The position numbers and the translations under genes are program-made. From an uncultured Chthonomonadaceae bacterium (lineage in GTDB: Bacteria; Armatimonadota; Chthonomonadetes; Chthonomonadales; Chthonomonadaceae), in the NCBI GenBank assembly GCA_963817895.1, contig CAWFQB010000003.1, positions 32,001 through 96,000 of the forward strand: a stretch of DNA of 64,000 nt, given 5' to 3'. Below, piece by piece: positions 63,212 to 64,000 of the stretch. The notes under the pieces were generated by a model. The model worked only from the letters and a program-made list of their open reading frames with translations. It was not told the DNA's origin and did not search any database. The first letter of the stretch is position 1. Every line of letters starts with the position of its first letter.

Positions 63212-64000
63212 ATGGAAGAACAGATAACGGTTATCGGCGGCGGTTTTGGGGGCGTGGAAGCGGCGTGGGCGGCGGCGCAGCAGGGCAGCAGAGTAACGCT
63301 GTATGAAATGCGCCCTGTGAAGAAAACGCCCGTGCATCAGTCGGGCGACCTGGCCGAACTTGTCTGCTCCAACTCGTTCAAATCCAACCTGCTGACCAAT
63401 GCCAGCGGCGTGTTGAAGGAGGAGATGCGGCGTTTGGGTTCCCTGATTTTGCCCATTGCCGAACGCCACCGCGTTCCTGCCGGGGAAGCGCTTGCCGTAG
63501 ACCGCGAACCGTTCGCCCGCGAAGTGACCTGCGCCTTAGAAGCCCACCCCAACATCACGCTTGTGCGCGAAGAAGTCACCAGTCTACCGACAACGCGCCC
63601 CTTAATTATTGCCACCGGCCCGCTCACTTCCGATGCCTTCGCAGCCGAAATCGCCCGACTGACCGGCGGCGACTCGCTCGCCTTCTACGACGCCGTTGCC
63701 CCCACCGTCACTTACGACAGCCTGGACTTGAGCAAAGTGTTTCGCGCCTCTCGACGGGGAAAAGGGTCAGGACTTACGGGAAAGGCAATAGAAGAGGAGA
63801 AAAGGAGAAAAGGAGAAGAGGAGGCGGAAGAACTGGAAACGGCAGGAGAGGATTCATCCCTCATCCTTCATCCTTCATCCTTGCCCGCCGAAGGCGTCGG
63901 CTGTGGCGGCGCGCCGGAAGCCAGCGCGGATTACCTGAACTGCCCTTTTGAAAAGGACGAGTATATGGCGTTCTGGGAAGCGCTGAACGGAGCGGAAAAA
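63212..64000 (+). CDS. trmFO: Folate/FAD-dependent tRNA U54 methyltransferase TrmFO (Gid); runs off right edge
   Basis: My translation: VIGGGFGGVEAA, LYEMRP, AELVCSNSF, ALAVDR, IATGPLTS, FYDAVAP, DYLNCPF. Confidence 0.95.
   Translation, partial: MEEQITVIGGGFGGVEAAWAAAQQGSRVTLYEMRPVKKTPVHQSGDLAELVCSNSFKSNLLTNASGVLKEEMRRLGSLILPIAERHRVPAGEALAVDREPFAREVTCALEAHPNITLVREEVTSLPTTRPLIIATGPLTSDAFAAEIARLTGGDSLAFYDAVAPTVTYDSLDLSKVFRASRRGKGSGLTGKAIEEEKRRKGEEEAEELETAGEDSSLILHPSSLPAEGVGCGGAPEASADYLNCPFEKDEYMAFWEALNGAEK

Overview
A ~60% GC bacterial chromosomal segment. It is probably Armatimonadota, an inference from the '[12 protein letters not shown]' DUF1559/H-X9-DG pilin-like protein and the overall gene style. 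Housekeeping genes: ftsH, tilS, lysS, greA, pcm, kptA, bcp, trmFO, comEA. Nutrient and secreted functions: an oligopeptide ABC operon, secreted peptidases (tricorn/S41, S9B, M28), glycoside-hydrolase-like genes and a PQQ dehydrogenase. Also present are a NarL-type two-component set, a complete IS701-like element, a true chrA pseudogene and several families of REP/MITE-like and 7-9-nt tandem repeats. Many genes, including normally essential ones, carry single-base frameshifts, most likely assembly errors. Most interesting observations: (1) a sulfur locus in which one 28-bp operator-like motif precedes the Rrf2/CymR-like gene, the sulfite/nitrite reductase and a DUF1559 type-IV-pilin-like gene; (2) an ECF sigma factor translationally coupled to an MFS transporter whose N-terminal extension resembles an anti-sigma domain; (3) intergenic repeat units inserted in frame in coding sequences (trmFO, the MFS, the DUF6807 gene); (4) a large-subunit KatE catalase with a Tat signal; (5) kptA coupled to an HExxH zincin-like gene and a small gene; (6) a tiny strong-RBS ORF (MMPVYTRPP) upstream of the tricorn protease. 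All family calls come from motif recognition by eye; no database searches were run.
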